The translations under genes and the position numbers were made by a program. Below are positions 1-8,861 of a stretch of DNA of 24,520 nucleotides, piece by piece. The number at the start of each line of letters is the position of its first letter. The first letter of the stretch is position 1. A model generated the notes under the pieces. That model made no database searches, had not been told where the DNA came from, and was given only the letters and a program-made list of their open reading frames with translations. The stretch is from an uncultured archaeon. Its GTDB lineage: Archaea > Asgardarchaeota > Lokiarchaeia > Sigyniarchaeales > SOKP01. The DNA lies in assembly GCA_964447495.1 (NCBI GenBank), contig CAYUTF010000048.1:1-24520 (forward strand). Reading direction: 5' to 3'.

Positions 1-167
1 TTGGTTTTATAACATTTATTGGTCCCGCCTACATTACATTCCAAATCATAAAAGTATCGGGAGTAAAACTTCTCGATAAACATTTTGAAGGGAATGAAGA
101 ATATGCCGCTTATAAAAGAAGAACCAGCTCGTTTATTCCATGGTTTCCGAAAAAGAAAAAGGAATAA
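1..167 (+). CDS. 3' end of DUF1295 / steroid 5-alpha-reductase-like membrane protein (partial)
   Basis: Manual translation from nt 3: GFITFIGPAYITFQIIKVSGVKLLDKHFEGNEEYAAYKRRTSSFIPWFPKKKKE*, stop TAA 165-167. VSGV..L and Y..Y..RTS.FIPW.P are the typical DUF1295 C-terminus. Confidence 0.8.
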   Translation, partial: GFITFIGPAYITFQIIKVSGVKLLDKHFEGNEEYAAYKRRTSSFIPWFPKKKKE

Positions 168-363
168 TTAAATATTTTTACATTTTTTTTCTCAAAAATT
201 CTATAAGAACACTAAGAATATCTTAAATTGCAAAACTATATAATATAAAGCGTTGATTTTTAAATTCTATAAATTTATTTTTCTTCAAACAATAATACCA
301 TCGCATAAATAGTATCAATAATAGATTTTTTAGTTATCAAAAATAGAAGAATGGGTATTGATC

Positions 364-1284
364 ATGGGAGAATCCGATCAACCAGAACAAATTAATTGCG
401 AAAATTCGGAAGTTATTAAAGAAGAGATTAATCTTCAGTATCATTGGTATATGCCGGCTTTCTTTATCATATTTTTTGGTTCGATCCTCATCCCTGCACT
501 ACTTTTAATGCTCTATGTCGAATTCTTTTATCTTCCATATTTTTTAAACTCATCAAACATTATCTCCGTATTTACCCATATCGAACCGATACTTGCGTCG
601 ATTTTTATGCCCTTCCTTCTAATTATTTGCTATTTAATCCATATCTTTTTTGTAGGACTCATTACTCGATGGTTTTGGAGCATTACAGAAAAGAGATCAC
701 CTTCTAAAGATGGAATTATTCCCAGAAATATCCCGAGTAAAACATTGAATTACTATCATATTCGTAGTTTCATGATCAAATATCCAAAAAACGCCGTTCT
801 TCGAGGACCTTTCCCTTGGTTGATAAATTGGCTCTACAATTTTGTGGGATCAAATAAAATTGGAAAAGGAAGTACGATTGAAGAGCAATTTGGCGCAGAT
901 AAGTATGTAGAAATTGGCAAGAATGCATACATTGGCGTGAATTCGGGGTTTAGTAGTCATGCTGTTGAAGGTATATTTGGGAATATTAGTTATGCCAAAA
1001 TTAAGCTCGGAGATAACGTAACAACCGCAGCACTTAATTGTCTTGCTCCAGGAGTAGAAATAAAGGATAATTCTGCCCTATTTCCTCTCGCTGGAGCCAC
1101 TAAATACAGCATACTTAAAGATAATAATTACTATTTTGGCGTTCCTTTAAGAAAAATCTTTACGAAAAAAGTGCTTTCGTATTTACAAATAGATGAAACT
1201 GATTTGAAGAAAGCTGAAGCACTCTATAAAAAAACCGAAATAGATAGCAAAATCAAAAACCAGAGAATAAACAGCCATGAGTGA
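364..1284 (+). CDS. Module 1 subunit A: 2-TM membrane protein with left-handed beta-helix (hexapeptide) acyltransferase-like domain; Pls/NRPS terminal-domain-like repeat
   Basis: Two hydrophobic helices, then KIGKGSTI..VEIGKNAYIGVNS..SSHAVEG..IKLGDNVT..YYFGVP. Paralogue of 3622-4485 and of the N-half of 12975-14840. ATG 364 preferred to TTG 358. Confidence 0.75.
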   Translation: MGESDQPEQINCENSEVIKEEINLQYHWYMPAFFIIFFGSILIPALLLMLYVEFFYLPYFLNSSNIISVFTHIEPILASIFMPFLLIICYLIHIFFVGLITRWFWSITEKRSPSKDGIIPRNIPSKTLNYYHIRSFMIKYPKNAVLRGPFPWLINWLYNFVGSNKIGKGSTIEEQFGADKYVEIGKNAYIGVNSGFSSHAVEGIFGNISYAKIKLGDNVTTAALNCLAPGVEIKDNSALFPLAGATKYSILKDNNYYFGVPLRKIFTKKVLSYLQIDETDLKKAEALYKKTEIDSKIKNQRINSHE

Positions 1285-2188
1285 ACAAGACCGTAAAAAA
1301 GATGAGAATCCATCTGAAATCAGTCAAACTGAAAAGGATTACGCCATAAATTTCGTTACTAGCAGTGCGATTAATCGAATCAGTTTGAAATTTCTTTTAT
1401 TATATGTTCCTATTTTATGGTTCAGTGGTTATATCGCATTGGCTATATTCTTTGATATGTCAAAGATTATAAATAATTGGTTGATAACCGCTTTGTTAAT
1501 TCCGGTATGGTTATTTTTGTTATATTTTATTTTTGTATTTGGATTATCAATTTTTACGAAAGCAATTCTTTTGATAATAAATATGATTCATAAACCAAGG
1601 GAAGGAGTATTCAAAGCAGAAGAAGGTAATCAAGATTTTGAATTCTGGCGATTAAGAACGGAGTTGAAAAAGCTGGCTCTCTGGTTTATGAATAAAGGAC
1701 CGTTGCCATGGATTGTCCCTTGGGGATTTCGGTGGTTTGGGGTGCGTATTGACTTTTCCAGTCATCTCCAAGATGCATGGGTCGATGTAGATTTTATAGA
1801 CTTTGGGAGGAAGGTTACCGTCGGCCAAGGAGCAGTAGTTATGAGCTCGATGATTGTGGGTCGATATTTAATTATTAAAAAGATTATTATCGATGATTAT
1901 GCTGTTATTGGAGGAGTTTCCAATATATCCCCTGGAACCGTAATTAAAAAAGATACGGTCATCGGAGCCTTTTCAAGTACCACTTTTAATCAGATTTTAG
2001 AAGAAGGATGGATCTATTTCGGTATTCCCGCCATTAAGTTAAAACCAAACAAATACGCAGAGGAAAGAAGAGATAAGATAATTAAAAGGGATGTAGATAA
2101 ACAAATAAAATATGAAGTACCCCATGAAGTTAATATTGATGAAGATAAGAAAGAGTTAATTAATAATCATAATAAAAAGGAATGTTAA
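1277..2188 (+). CDS. Module 1 subunit B: 2-TM + LbH acyltransferase-like protein
   Basis: Two TM segments, HKPREG..DFEFW, FGRKVTVGQGAVV, IDDYAVIGG..ISPGTVI, WIYFGIPA. Overlaps the upstream stop by 8 nt (ATGAGTGA). Confidence 0.75.
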   Translation: MSEQDRKKDENPSEISQTEKDYAINFVTSSAINRISLKFLLLYVPILWFSGYIALAIFFDMSKIINNWLITALLIPVWLFLLYFIFVFGLSIFTKAILLIINMIHKPREGVFKAEEGNQDFEFWRLRTELKKLALWFMNKGPLPWIVPWGFRWFGVRIDFSSHLQDAWVDVDFIDFGRKVTVGQGAVVMSSMIVGRYLIIKKIIIDDYAVIGGVSNISPGTVIKKDTVIGAFSSTTFNQILEEGWIYFGIPAIKLKPNKYAEERRDKIIKRDVDKQIKYEVPHEVNIDEDKKELINNHNKKEC

Positions 2189-2191
2189 CCT

Positions 2192-3034
2192 ATGTCAGTA
2201 CCCTCAAGCTTGCAAGCAGGACCCTTTGTTTCATTGGTGTTAGTAAAAAAAAGGTATCTAGTTTTCTATATCTATCTCATTTGGGTAAGCCTTTTTAGTG
2301 TTCAATTGGAGTTTTGGTGGTATTGGAATTTGTTATATGGATGGAAATTTATCCACTTTATCATATTTCTTCCACTTCTTGTTTTAGTTATGTATATTAC
2401 TCTAGTTTTCGTATCACTTCTTAACGCAAAACTATTATTAGTCATAACAAACATAATTCATAGGCCTCGAGAGGGTACTTTTCTCAGAGATCCATCAGAT
2501 AAAGACTTTCGCTATTGGAGTATTCGAAATGTCATTAAACGATGGCCTATATGGTTAACACACAAGTTTCCTTTTCCCTTCTTAGACAATATATGTTTCA
2601 AACTCTTCGATGTGAAGACTAAGTTTTCTAATTCTTTATTTGAAGGTTGGGTTGATACTGAATTCATTGATTTTGGAAAAGAAGTAGTTATTGGACAGGG
2701 GAGCATAATCCAATCGTCTGTCATTATAGGAAACTTGTTTATCATACGAAAGACAATTATTGAAGATAATGTGAGAATAGGGGCACACACAGTTGTTATG
2801 CCGGGTACGCAAATAAAAAAAAATGCAATATTAGCCGCAAGTTCAATTACAACAATAGGACAAGAACTTGAAGAGGGTTGGATATATTTAGGAGTTCCTG
2901 CCAGTAAATTCAAAAGGAATGTATTTTTTGAAGATAATTTAGAAGAAATTATTGAAAAACAACTACAAGATGTAGAAAAAATCCATCAAGATTATGAGAA
3001 ATTATATACAAAAAGACATGATAAAAAAATTTAA
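2192..3034 (+). CDS. Module 1 subunit C: 2-TM + LbH acyltransferase-like protein
   Basis: MSVP..GPF N-terminus, two TM segments, HKFPFPFLDNICFK, IEDNVRIGAHTVVMPGTQI, WIYLGVPA. Confidence 0.75.
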   Translation: MSVPSSLQAGPFVSLVLVKKRYLVFYIYLIWVSLFSVQLEFWWYWNLLYGWKFIHFIIFLPLLVLVMYITLVFVSLLNAKLLLVITNIIHRPREGTFLRDPSDKDFRYWSIRNVIKRWPIWLTHKFPFPFLDNICFKLFDVKTKFSNSLFEGWVDTEFIDFGKEVVIGQGSIIQSSVIIGNLFIIRKTIIEDNVRIGAHTVVMPGTQIKKNAILAASSITTIGQELEEGWIYLGVPASKFKRNVFFEDNLEEIIEKQLQDVEKIHQDYEKLYTKRHDKKI

Positions 3035-3061
3035 TTTATGAAAATATATGGAGAAATGAAA

Positions 3062-3532
3062 ATGAAGGTTGTAAAACTTCCTAATATGAGTGAACATGAG
3101 ATTAAGGAGGCATTGGGTAACAATCATTTATGCCGCATTGCGTTTATTGATGAGGATTATCCCTATATTTCACCTTTTCAATATGTTTATCTGGACCATA
3201 CTCTTTATTTCCATTTTACAGATTATGGAAAGAAAATGCAAATCATCAAAGAGAATAGAAATATTTGCGTTTCTATTGAGTCTTTTGAACGAGATTTAAA
3301 CAAATATTATTTCATATCCTTGCAAGGAGAGCTAGTCCTAATTGAAGATGTTAAAGTAAAAGAACAGGTATTAATGAAATTGGTTGCGAATGCAAAAGAA
3401 CAATTTTCGAAGAATTTTCTTACTGCTCATGGTTTTAGTAAAGATCGAGGGTGGGACGCATTTGAATTGAAAAATCAATTAATTTATAAGTTTGTACAGA
3501 AAAAAGAAGCGATTGGCTTGAAATCTCTATAA
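3062..3532 (+). CDS. Pyridoxamine 5'-phosphate oxidase-like / NimA-family flavin-binding protein
   Basis: LCRIAF..YPYISPFQYVY..LYFH..GKKMQII..N.NICVS pattern of split-barrel flavoproteins. GGAG at 3050-3053 favours ATG 3062; alternative starts at 3038 and 3056. Confidence 0.8.
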   Translation: MKVVKLPNMSEHEIKEALGNNHLCRIAFIDEDYPYISPFQYVYLDHTLYFHFTDYGKKMQIIKENRNICVSIESFERDLNKYYFISLQGELVLIEDVKVKEQVLMKLVANAKEQFSKNFLTAHGFSKDRGWDAFELKNQLIYKFVQKKEAIGLKSL

Positions 3533-3621
3533 TTTTTCGCTTTTGGACCAAACAGTATAGTATTTATGATTTATAAACTAATATTTTTTAAATTACACAT
3601 GTATATGCTAATTTGATAAAG

Positions 3622-4485
3622 ATGCAAATGAGTGAAGGAACTACGACTAATTTAGATAATATGGTAATTAAGCAAGAAGTAAACCTCCAGTACCATTGGT
3701 ATCTCCTCTGTTTTTTTATCATCTATCTAACCTCATTCTTAATACCGGGAGCAATTTTCATGATTTATATTTGGTGTTACTTTTTACCAAATTTTCTTGA
3801 AATAGGAAATATTCTCTTTATTTTCAGAAATTTGAATCCTCTATTATCCTTACTCTTAATGCCCGGAATTATCTTGTTATGTTATGTAATTCATCTTTTT
3901 TTTATAGCATTTACCACACGTTGGATGTGGGCAATAACAGAAAAGAGATCACCGAGTAAGGATGGAATTGTCCCCCGAAACATTCCAAGTAAGACGATTA
4001 ACTATTATCATATACGCTCATTTATGATTAAATACGCTAAATATGTTTTCAGTAAAGGGTTATTTCCTTGGCTTTTGAATTGGCTTTACAACTATGTTGG
4101 AACTAATAAGATAGGAAAAGGAACGACTATTGAAGAGGAGGTCGGAGCGGATAAATACGTAGAGATTGGAGAAGGAACCTATATTGGAGTAAATTCAATT
4201 ATAACTTCTCATGTAGTTGAAGGGATCTTCGGTAATATATCTTATTTCAAAGTTAAATTAGGAGATAATATCACTTGTGGAGGTATAAATGGATTTGGAC
4301 CAGGAAGTGTTTGCAAAGATGATGCATATCTCCTTCCTTTTGCTACTGCAGGAAAATATCATAATTTAAAGGGAGATAACTATTATTTTGGCATTCCAAT
4401 ACGAAAAATTTTCCCAAAAAAAGTTATGGATTATTTAAAGTTAAGTCCAAGAGATTTAGAAAAAAATAAAAGAAAAAAGGAATAA
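3622..4485 (+). CDS. Module 2 subunit A: 2-TM + LbH acyltransferase-like protein
   Basis: Shares PSKDGI.PRNIPSKT.NYYHIRSFMIKY and SH.VEGIFGNISY with module 1 A. Start ATG 3622 or 3628 (track gives TTG 3613). Confidence 0.75.
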   Translation: MQMSEGTTTNLDNMVIKQEVNLQYHWYLLCFFIIYLTSFLIPGAIFMIYIWCYFLPNFLEIGNILFIFRNLNPLLSLLLMPGIILLCYVIHLFFIAFTTRWMWAITEKRSPSKDGIVPRNIPSKTINYYHIRSFMIKYAKYVFSKGLFPWLLNWLYNYVGTNKIGKGTTIEEEVGADKYVEIGEGTYIGVNSIITSHVVEGIFGNISYFKVKLGDNITCGGINGFGPGSVCKDDAYLLPFATAGKYHNLKGDNYYFGIPIRKIFPKKVMDYLKLSPRDLEKNKRKKE

Positions 4486-4488
4486 AAG

Positions 4489-5379
4489 GTGGAGCTAGAA
4501 AAACAAATAGATGATAAATCGGACTTTTCTATTGATTTTATAACAAGTAGTGAGATTAGTCGCATCAGCTTGAAGTTTTTGTTAATTTATATCCCAATAT
4601 TTTGGCTTGGGGCTTTACCTGTCCTAATTTATGCCGTAGCGTATATCCCAAGATTAGAATATTGGATCGGTTCGCTATTTTATTTGCCTGTTTCGATATT
4701 CTTTATGATCTGTCTATTTATTATTGGATGTGTGTTTTTTTCTAAATTAATTCTTATTCTGTTGAATTTAATACATAAGCCAAAAGAAGGAATATTCAGA
4801 GCGAAAAAGGGAAATAAGGATTTTGAATATTGGTGTTTAAGGATTCAACTCAAAAAGATATCCATTTGGCTCTTAAATAATTGTCCTCTGCCCTGGCTTG
4901 ATATTTTAGCTTTTCGATGGTTTGGAGTTAAAGTAGATTTCTCCAGTCACATGATTGATGCGTGGGTGGATACAGAGTTTATAAATTTCGGAAGAAAGGT
5001 AATGGTTGGTCAGGGAGCAGTAGTTATGAGCTCTATGATATTAGGCAAGTACTTAATCATTAAAAGAATCTATTTGGAAGACTATACGGTTGTCGGTGGT
5101 CAATCAACAGTGTCTCCCGGAACGATTATTGGACAAGATACCGTTCTTGGCGCTTTATCAACTACAACATTTAATCAGGTTTTGGAGCAGAGCTGGCTTT
5201 ACTTTGGGTTTCCCGCTAAAAAACTCAAGGTAAATAAATATGCTGAAATAAAGCCAACCACAATTAAGAGAATTGACGTAGATAAATCCCTAAAGTATGA
5301 TGTTGCATATGATATAAATATAGATGAAGATAAGAAAGAACTGCTTAATAATAATCATAAAAAGTTAAAAGAGGATTAA
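4489..5379 (+). CDS. Module 2 subunit B: 2-TM + LbH acyltransferase-like protein
   Basis: IDFITSSEISRISLKFL N-terminal motif, FGRKVMVGQGAVVMSS, NIDEDKK C-terminal motif. GTG start is in frame with upstream subunit A. Confidence 0.75.
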   Translation: MELEKQIDDKSDFSIDFITSSEISRISLKFLLIYIPIFWLGALPVLIYAVAYIPRLEYWIGSLFYLPVSIFFMICLFIIGCVFFSKLILILLNLIHKPKEGIFRAKKGNKDFEYWCLRIQLKKISIWLLNNCPLPWLDILAFRWFGVKVDFSSHMIDAWVDTEFINFGRKVMVGQGAVVMSSMILGKYLIIKRIYLEDYTVVGGQSTVSPGTIIGQDTVLGALSTTTFNQVLEQSWLYFGFPAKKLKVNKYAEIKPTTIKRIDVDKSLKYDVAYDINIDEDKKELLNNNHKKLKED

Positions 5380-5383
5380 AATC

Positions 5384-6301
5384 ATGTCAGTTCCTTGTTC
5401 ATTACGTGTAGGGCCGTTTACTAGTAACATTTTGCTCAAGAAACGTTATGTTATGTTATATATCGCAATTTTTTGGTTTAGCCTTATCCCGGTGTTGATA
5501 GAATTCTGGGCTTATTGGCAGCTCTTATGGAGTGATACTAATGCGTTGCTATTTTATCTGTTTTTGCCGTTATATGGATTTTTAGCATATATTTCAACTG
5601 TATTTAGCGCATTGATAGTTGCAAAAATATTTTTAGAGGTTGCAAATGCAATTCATAAACCTCAAGAAGGAATTTTTGAGCGTAATAGCTCCGATAAAGA
5701 TTATAGATATTGGAATATTAGGTTAATTATTAAGAAATATCCTGCGTGGATATCTCATAGATTTCCTTTCCCCTTTTTGGATAATATATGTTTTAAGCTT
5801 TTTGGAGTAAAAACAAAGTTTTCGAACTCTTTGTTTGCTGGATGGGTAGATACCGAATTTATCACGTTCGGAAAAAATGTGGTAGTAGGGCAAGCAAGTA
5901 TTGTACAGTCATCAGTAATAATTGGGAATCTATTAATTATTAAAAAAGTTGCTATTAAAGATAATGTAAGAATAGGAGCTCATTCAGTAGTGATGCCTGG
6001 AACTATAATTGAGGAAAATTGCGTGCTAGCAGCCCATTCATTAACCACAGTTGAACAACATCTAGAAAAGAATTGGATTTATGTAGGAATACCTGCAGAA
6101 AAGTATAAAGTAAATAGATTTTATCAAGATAATATCGAAGAGCTTATTGATTTAAATGTTGATATCGAAGGCATAAGAGAAAAGTATGAAAAGTTATATG
6201 AAAGACAAGAACGAACCCAAGTTAGCTATTTACAACGTAAGAAGATAAAAGAAGAGAAAGTAAAGCACGAAAAGCAGAGATGGGAAAAGGTTACAAGCTA
6301 A
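5384..6301 (+). CDS. Module 2 subunit C: 2-TM + LbH acyltransferase-like protein
   Basis: MSVP..GPF, HRFPFPFLDNICFKLFGVKTKFSNSLF.GWVDTEFI, WIYVGIPA. Confidence 0.75.
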   Translation: MSVPCSLRVGPFTSNILLKKRYVMLYIAIFWFSLIPVLIEFWAYWQLLWSDTNALLFYLFLPLYGFLAYISTVFSALIVAKIFLEVANAIHKPQEGIFERNSSDKDYRYWNIRLIIKKYPAWISHRFPFPFLDNICFKLFGVKTKFSNSLFAGWVDTEFITFGKNVVVGQASIVQSSVIIGNLLIIKKVAIKDNVRIGAHSVVMPGTIIEENCVLAAHSLTTVEQHLEKNWIYVGIPAEKYKVNRFYQDNIEELIDLNVDIEGIREKYEKLYERQERTQVSYLQRKKIKEEKVKHEKQRWEKVTS

Positions 6302-6307
6302 AATATT

Positions 6308-7210
6308 ATGAAAATCGGATATCCTTGTATTAATCTTTCTATGGATTGCCGAAGTAGTAGAACATTTCGGTTGAAAAATTATTCTGAATCAAAATTAAAA
6401 GAAACTATTCAAGGAAATTTAATATGTTTGCAAAAGATTCTTGAATACAACAGAGATAACAAATTTCTTTTCTTTAGGATCACTTCTGATTTAATACCTT
6501 TTGCATCTCATCCTGTTATGAACTTTGATTGGCAAACTAATTTTAAAAACGAGTTTAGAAAAATAGGTTCTTTTATAAAAAGGCATGAGATGAGAATCAC
6601 TATGCATCCGGGGCAATACACCGTGCTAAATTCAACTAATAATTCTGTTCTTCAAAAAAGCATAAAAGATTTGGAATATCATGTGGATGTCCTCGACCTT
6701 ATGGGATTAGATAGAACCGCTAAAGTACAGATTCATGTAGGAGGTGTTTATGGAGACAAAGCGAAAAGTTTACAGCGATTTATCAATAGATATACTAAAC
6801 TTGCAGAGAAAATCAAGAATAGATTGATAATTGAAAATGACGATAAAAGTTATAATTTGAGAGATTGCTTAAGAATTCATGAGGATACAAATATTCCCAT
6901 AGTTTTTGATGTCTACCATTATGAATGTTTGAATGCAGGAGAAACTCTGAATGAAGCATTTAATGAATTTGTACCAACATGGTTAAAGGAGGACGGATTA
7001 CCAATTGTACATTATAGCTCTGAACATCCTACGAAAGGAAAACCACGTCATACTGAACACATAGATATTAATCATTTCAGAACTTTTCTAAGTAAAATAA
7101 GTAAATTTGAATTTGATATTATGTTAGAAATAAAAGATAAAGAACAAAGTGCGTTTAAAGCTATAAAATTTCTTGAAAATGATATACGTTTTTTATCTAA
7201 TAGGATTTAA
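6308..7210 (+). CDS. uvsE: UV DNA damage endonuclease UvsE (UVDE)
   Basis: MKIGYPCIN, FFRITSDLIPFASHP, RITMHPGQYTVLNS, IHVGGVYGDK, IENDDKSY, IPIVFDVYH, VHYS, DIMLEIKDKE. Confidence 0.95.
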   Translation: MKIGYPCINLSMDCRSSRTFRLKNYSESKLKETIQGNLICLQKILEYNRDNKFLFFRITSDLIPFASHPVMNFDWQTNFKNEFRKIGSFIKRHEMRITMHPGQYTVLNSTNNSVLQKSIKDLEYHVDVLDLMGLDRTAKVQIHVGGVYGDKAKSLQRFINRYTKLAEKIKNRLIIENDDKSYNLRDCLRIHEDTNIPIVFDVYHYECLNAGETLNEAFNEFVPTWLKEDGLPIVHYSSEHPTKGKPRHTEHIDINHFRTFLSKISKFEFDIMLEIKDKEQSAFKAIKFLENDIRFLSNRI

Positions 7211-7356
7211 TTTGGAAGATTAAATGAATGATACATAACATTTCAACAACTCTTCTCAAATACACATTCAAATTGAAATAAATAATATGAGGTAAAATTA
7301 TCTTAATTCCCATTTAATTTGAAAAATAAATATAAGATAGCCTTCTTAGATATATT

Positions 7357-7725
7357 ATGATTAATCAATCTTTTGATAAGTTGCTCCAATTTCTTGTGAA
7401 AATACCTTCGATTACTGGATCGATAGGGACTGGTGTTGAAGAAGGTTTATGGTGGGTGAAATTTAGGATAGATATACAAAATCCCTTAGCTTGGAATGTT
7501 GTTCAGGAGTTGGGATACGTGCTTAATTATTTATCCTTAGAACAGAAATTACCAACTGTTTTCATGCCTACATCTCCACCTCCATATATGAATGGAGGAC
7601 CTCATGAGTTTTTATCGTGGGTGATTGAGTCCAAATCTGCGAATTTTACGCCTGATGATGCTGTAGATTGGTTAAAAAGTCGATTACCTGACCCTGTAAA
7701 TAAAATTAAAAAATGGCAAAATTAG
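7357..7725 (+). CDS. Conserved hypothetical protein (122 aa)
   Basis: Clean ORF with Trp/Pro-rich motifs WWVKF.IDI..PLAW.VVQELG and PTSPPPYMNGGP..FLSWVIE; function not recognised. Confidence 0.7.
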   Translation: MINQSFDKLLQFLVKIPSITGSIGTGVEEGLWWVKFRIDIQNPLAWNVVQELGYVLNYLSLEQKLPTVFMPTSPPPYMNGGPHEFLSWVIESKSANFTPDDAVDWLKSRLPDPVNKIKKWQN

Positions 7726-7760
7726 GAATATACATATAAGTTATTGAACAAAAATAGATT

Positions 7761-7829
7761 AATTTGGTAAAGTGTGGCTAACTTAATCGAATGAAATTCT
7801 ATCATTTAAAATCTTATTCGGACCAAATC
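7761..7829 (-). other. RNA stem-loop in the 3' UTR of the TGA-containing peroxiredoxin-like gene (candidate non-canonical SECIS, or terminator between convergent genes)
   Basis: On the minus strand, CGAAUAAGAUUUUA-AAUGA-UAGAAUUUCAUUCG (7788-7820) pairs at 13 of 14 positions including 2 G-U, with an AA-starting loop. An outer helix GAUUUGGU/ACCAAAUU is possible (7822-7829 with 7761-7768). Confidence 0.35.
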
Positions 7830-7833
7830 GGAG

Positions 7834-8307
7834 TTAATTATTTAATTTTTCAAGTATTTTGAATAATTCTTCATTCTCAGGGATATCATCCATTGAATCG
7901 CTATAATAGGCATATTTTATAATTCCTTGTTTATCGATTATAAGAAGTGCCGGCATCCTTCCCATTTTTAATGGCTTTACTTCTTGTTTTAACAATTTAT
8001 TAACCTCTTTTTTATCGTCATAATATATGGGATACGTTTCTGCAAATGTAGATTCAAAGTTCTTGGCATTTTCAAGGTTATCTGGTAAGATTGCGTAAAT
8101 CTCGGTATTATAACTTTTAAATTTTACATACGCATCTCGAATTTTCTTTGCATGGGCTTTAGCATAGGGTCAACTTTTACTCCTGAAAAGTATAATTATA
8201 GCATTTTTCTTCCCTTTGAACTCACGAATATTTGTTGTAGCGCCTTGAGAATTCGCTAATGAGAATTCTGAAATTTGTGTTCCTACTAGATTAAATTTAT
8301 CTTTCAT
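7834..8307 (-). CDS. Peroxiredoxin-like (AhpC/TSA, thioredoxin-fold) protein with in-frame TGA at codon 46; putative selenoprotein
   Basis: Manual translation: MKDKFNLVGTQISEFSLANSQGATTNIREFKGKKNAIIILFRSKS-U-PYAKAHAKKIRDAYVKFKSYNTEIYAILPDNLENAKNFESTFAETYPIYYDDKKEVNKLLKQEVKPLKMGRMPALLIIDKQGIIKYAYYSDSMDDIPENEELFKILEKLNN* (157 aa). TGA 8170-8172 aligns with the Cys of the R-x-x-W-C-P-x-C motif. Upstream GTGAG RBS-like sequence. Confidence 0.85.
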
Positions 8308-8427
8308 GAGATTATCTCACTTATTTTACTTATAATTTAAACAAATAACTAATAAATACTATTATGTTATAATTCATTTAGTCCTCAATTCGGCAAAGAA
8401 AAATATTAAAAATAATAAGGTGAGAAT

Positions 8428-8829
8428 ATGGTACTTGTAATTAATTGGTTAGCAGTTATAGTTGTTGGATTAATCTATTTTGCCATCCATTTCTTCTGGT
8501 ATTTTCCTTTTGCTTTTGGAAACTTATGGCTAAAATTGGTAGGAAAAGAAAGTGAACCCAAATCAAAAATAATACGAGATACTATTATTATGATCCCAAC
8601 AAGCATAGTTACCGTACTTTTTATAGAAATTATGTTAGATTTAACGGGAATCATTGATATTGTAGGCGCATTGCTATTAACTTTCATATTATGGGTAGGG
8701 TTTGTAGCTACAATTGCTATTAATCAAAACAACTTCAATGATAGAGGCGTGAAATTATTTCTCTTGGAATATGGCTTTTATCTTATAGGATTCTTACTTG
8801 CGGGAGTAATATTAGTTGTGTGGGTCTAA
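8428..8829 (+). CDS. DUF1761-family membrane protein
   Basis: INWLAVIV..FFWY.P..FGNLW N-terminal signature, four TM helices, AGGTGAG RBS upstream. Confidence 0.8.
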   Translation: MVLVINWLAVIVVGLIYFAIHFFWYFPFAFGNLWLKLVGKESEPKSKIIRDTIIMIPTSIVTVLFIEIMLDLTGIIDIVGALLLTFILWVGFVATIAINQNNFNDRGVKLFLLEYGFYLIGFLLAGVILVVWV

Positions 8830-8861
8830 AAAAATTAACAATCTTTTTCTTTCTATTTTTT

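Noticed and set aside
2186-2194. B1 and C1 in frame across TAA-CCT-ATG, suggesting read-through fusion
   Set aside because: The MSVP start is conserved in all three C subunits and the other B/C gaps are 4 nt and 1 nt, so the frame match is probably chance.
444-3299. Short alternative-frame or antisense ORFs 444-707, 2512-2913 and 3090-3299
   Set aside because: They lie wholly inside well-supported genes and have no recognisable motifs; shadow ORFs.
8170-8172. TGA read as Trp (genetic code 4) or Gly (code 25)
   Set aside because: TGA terminates other genes in the window, Trp is encoded by TGG, and the codon aligns with catalytic Cys rather than the preceding Trp position.
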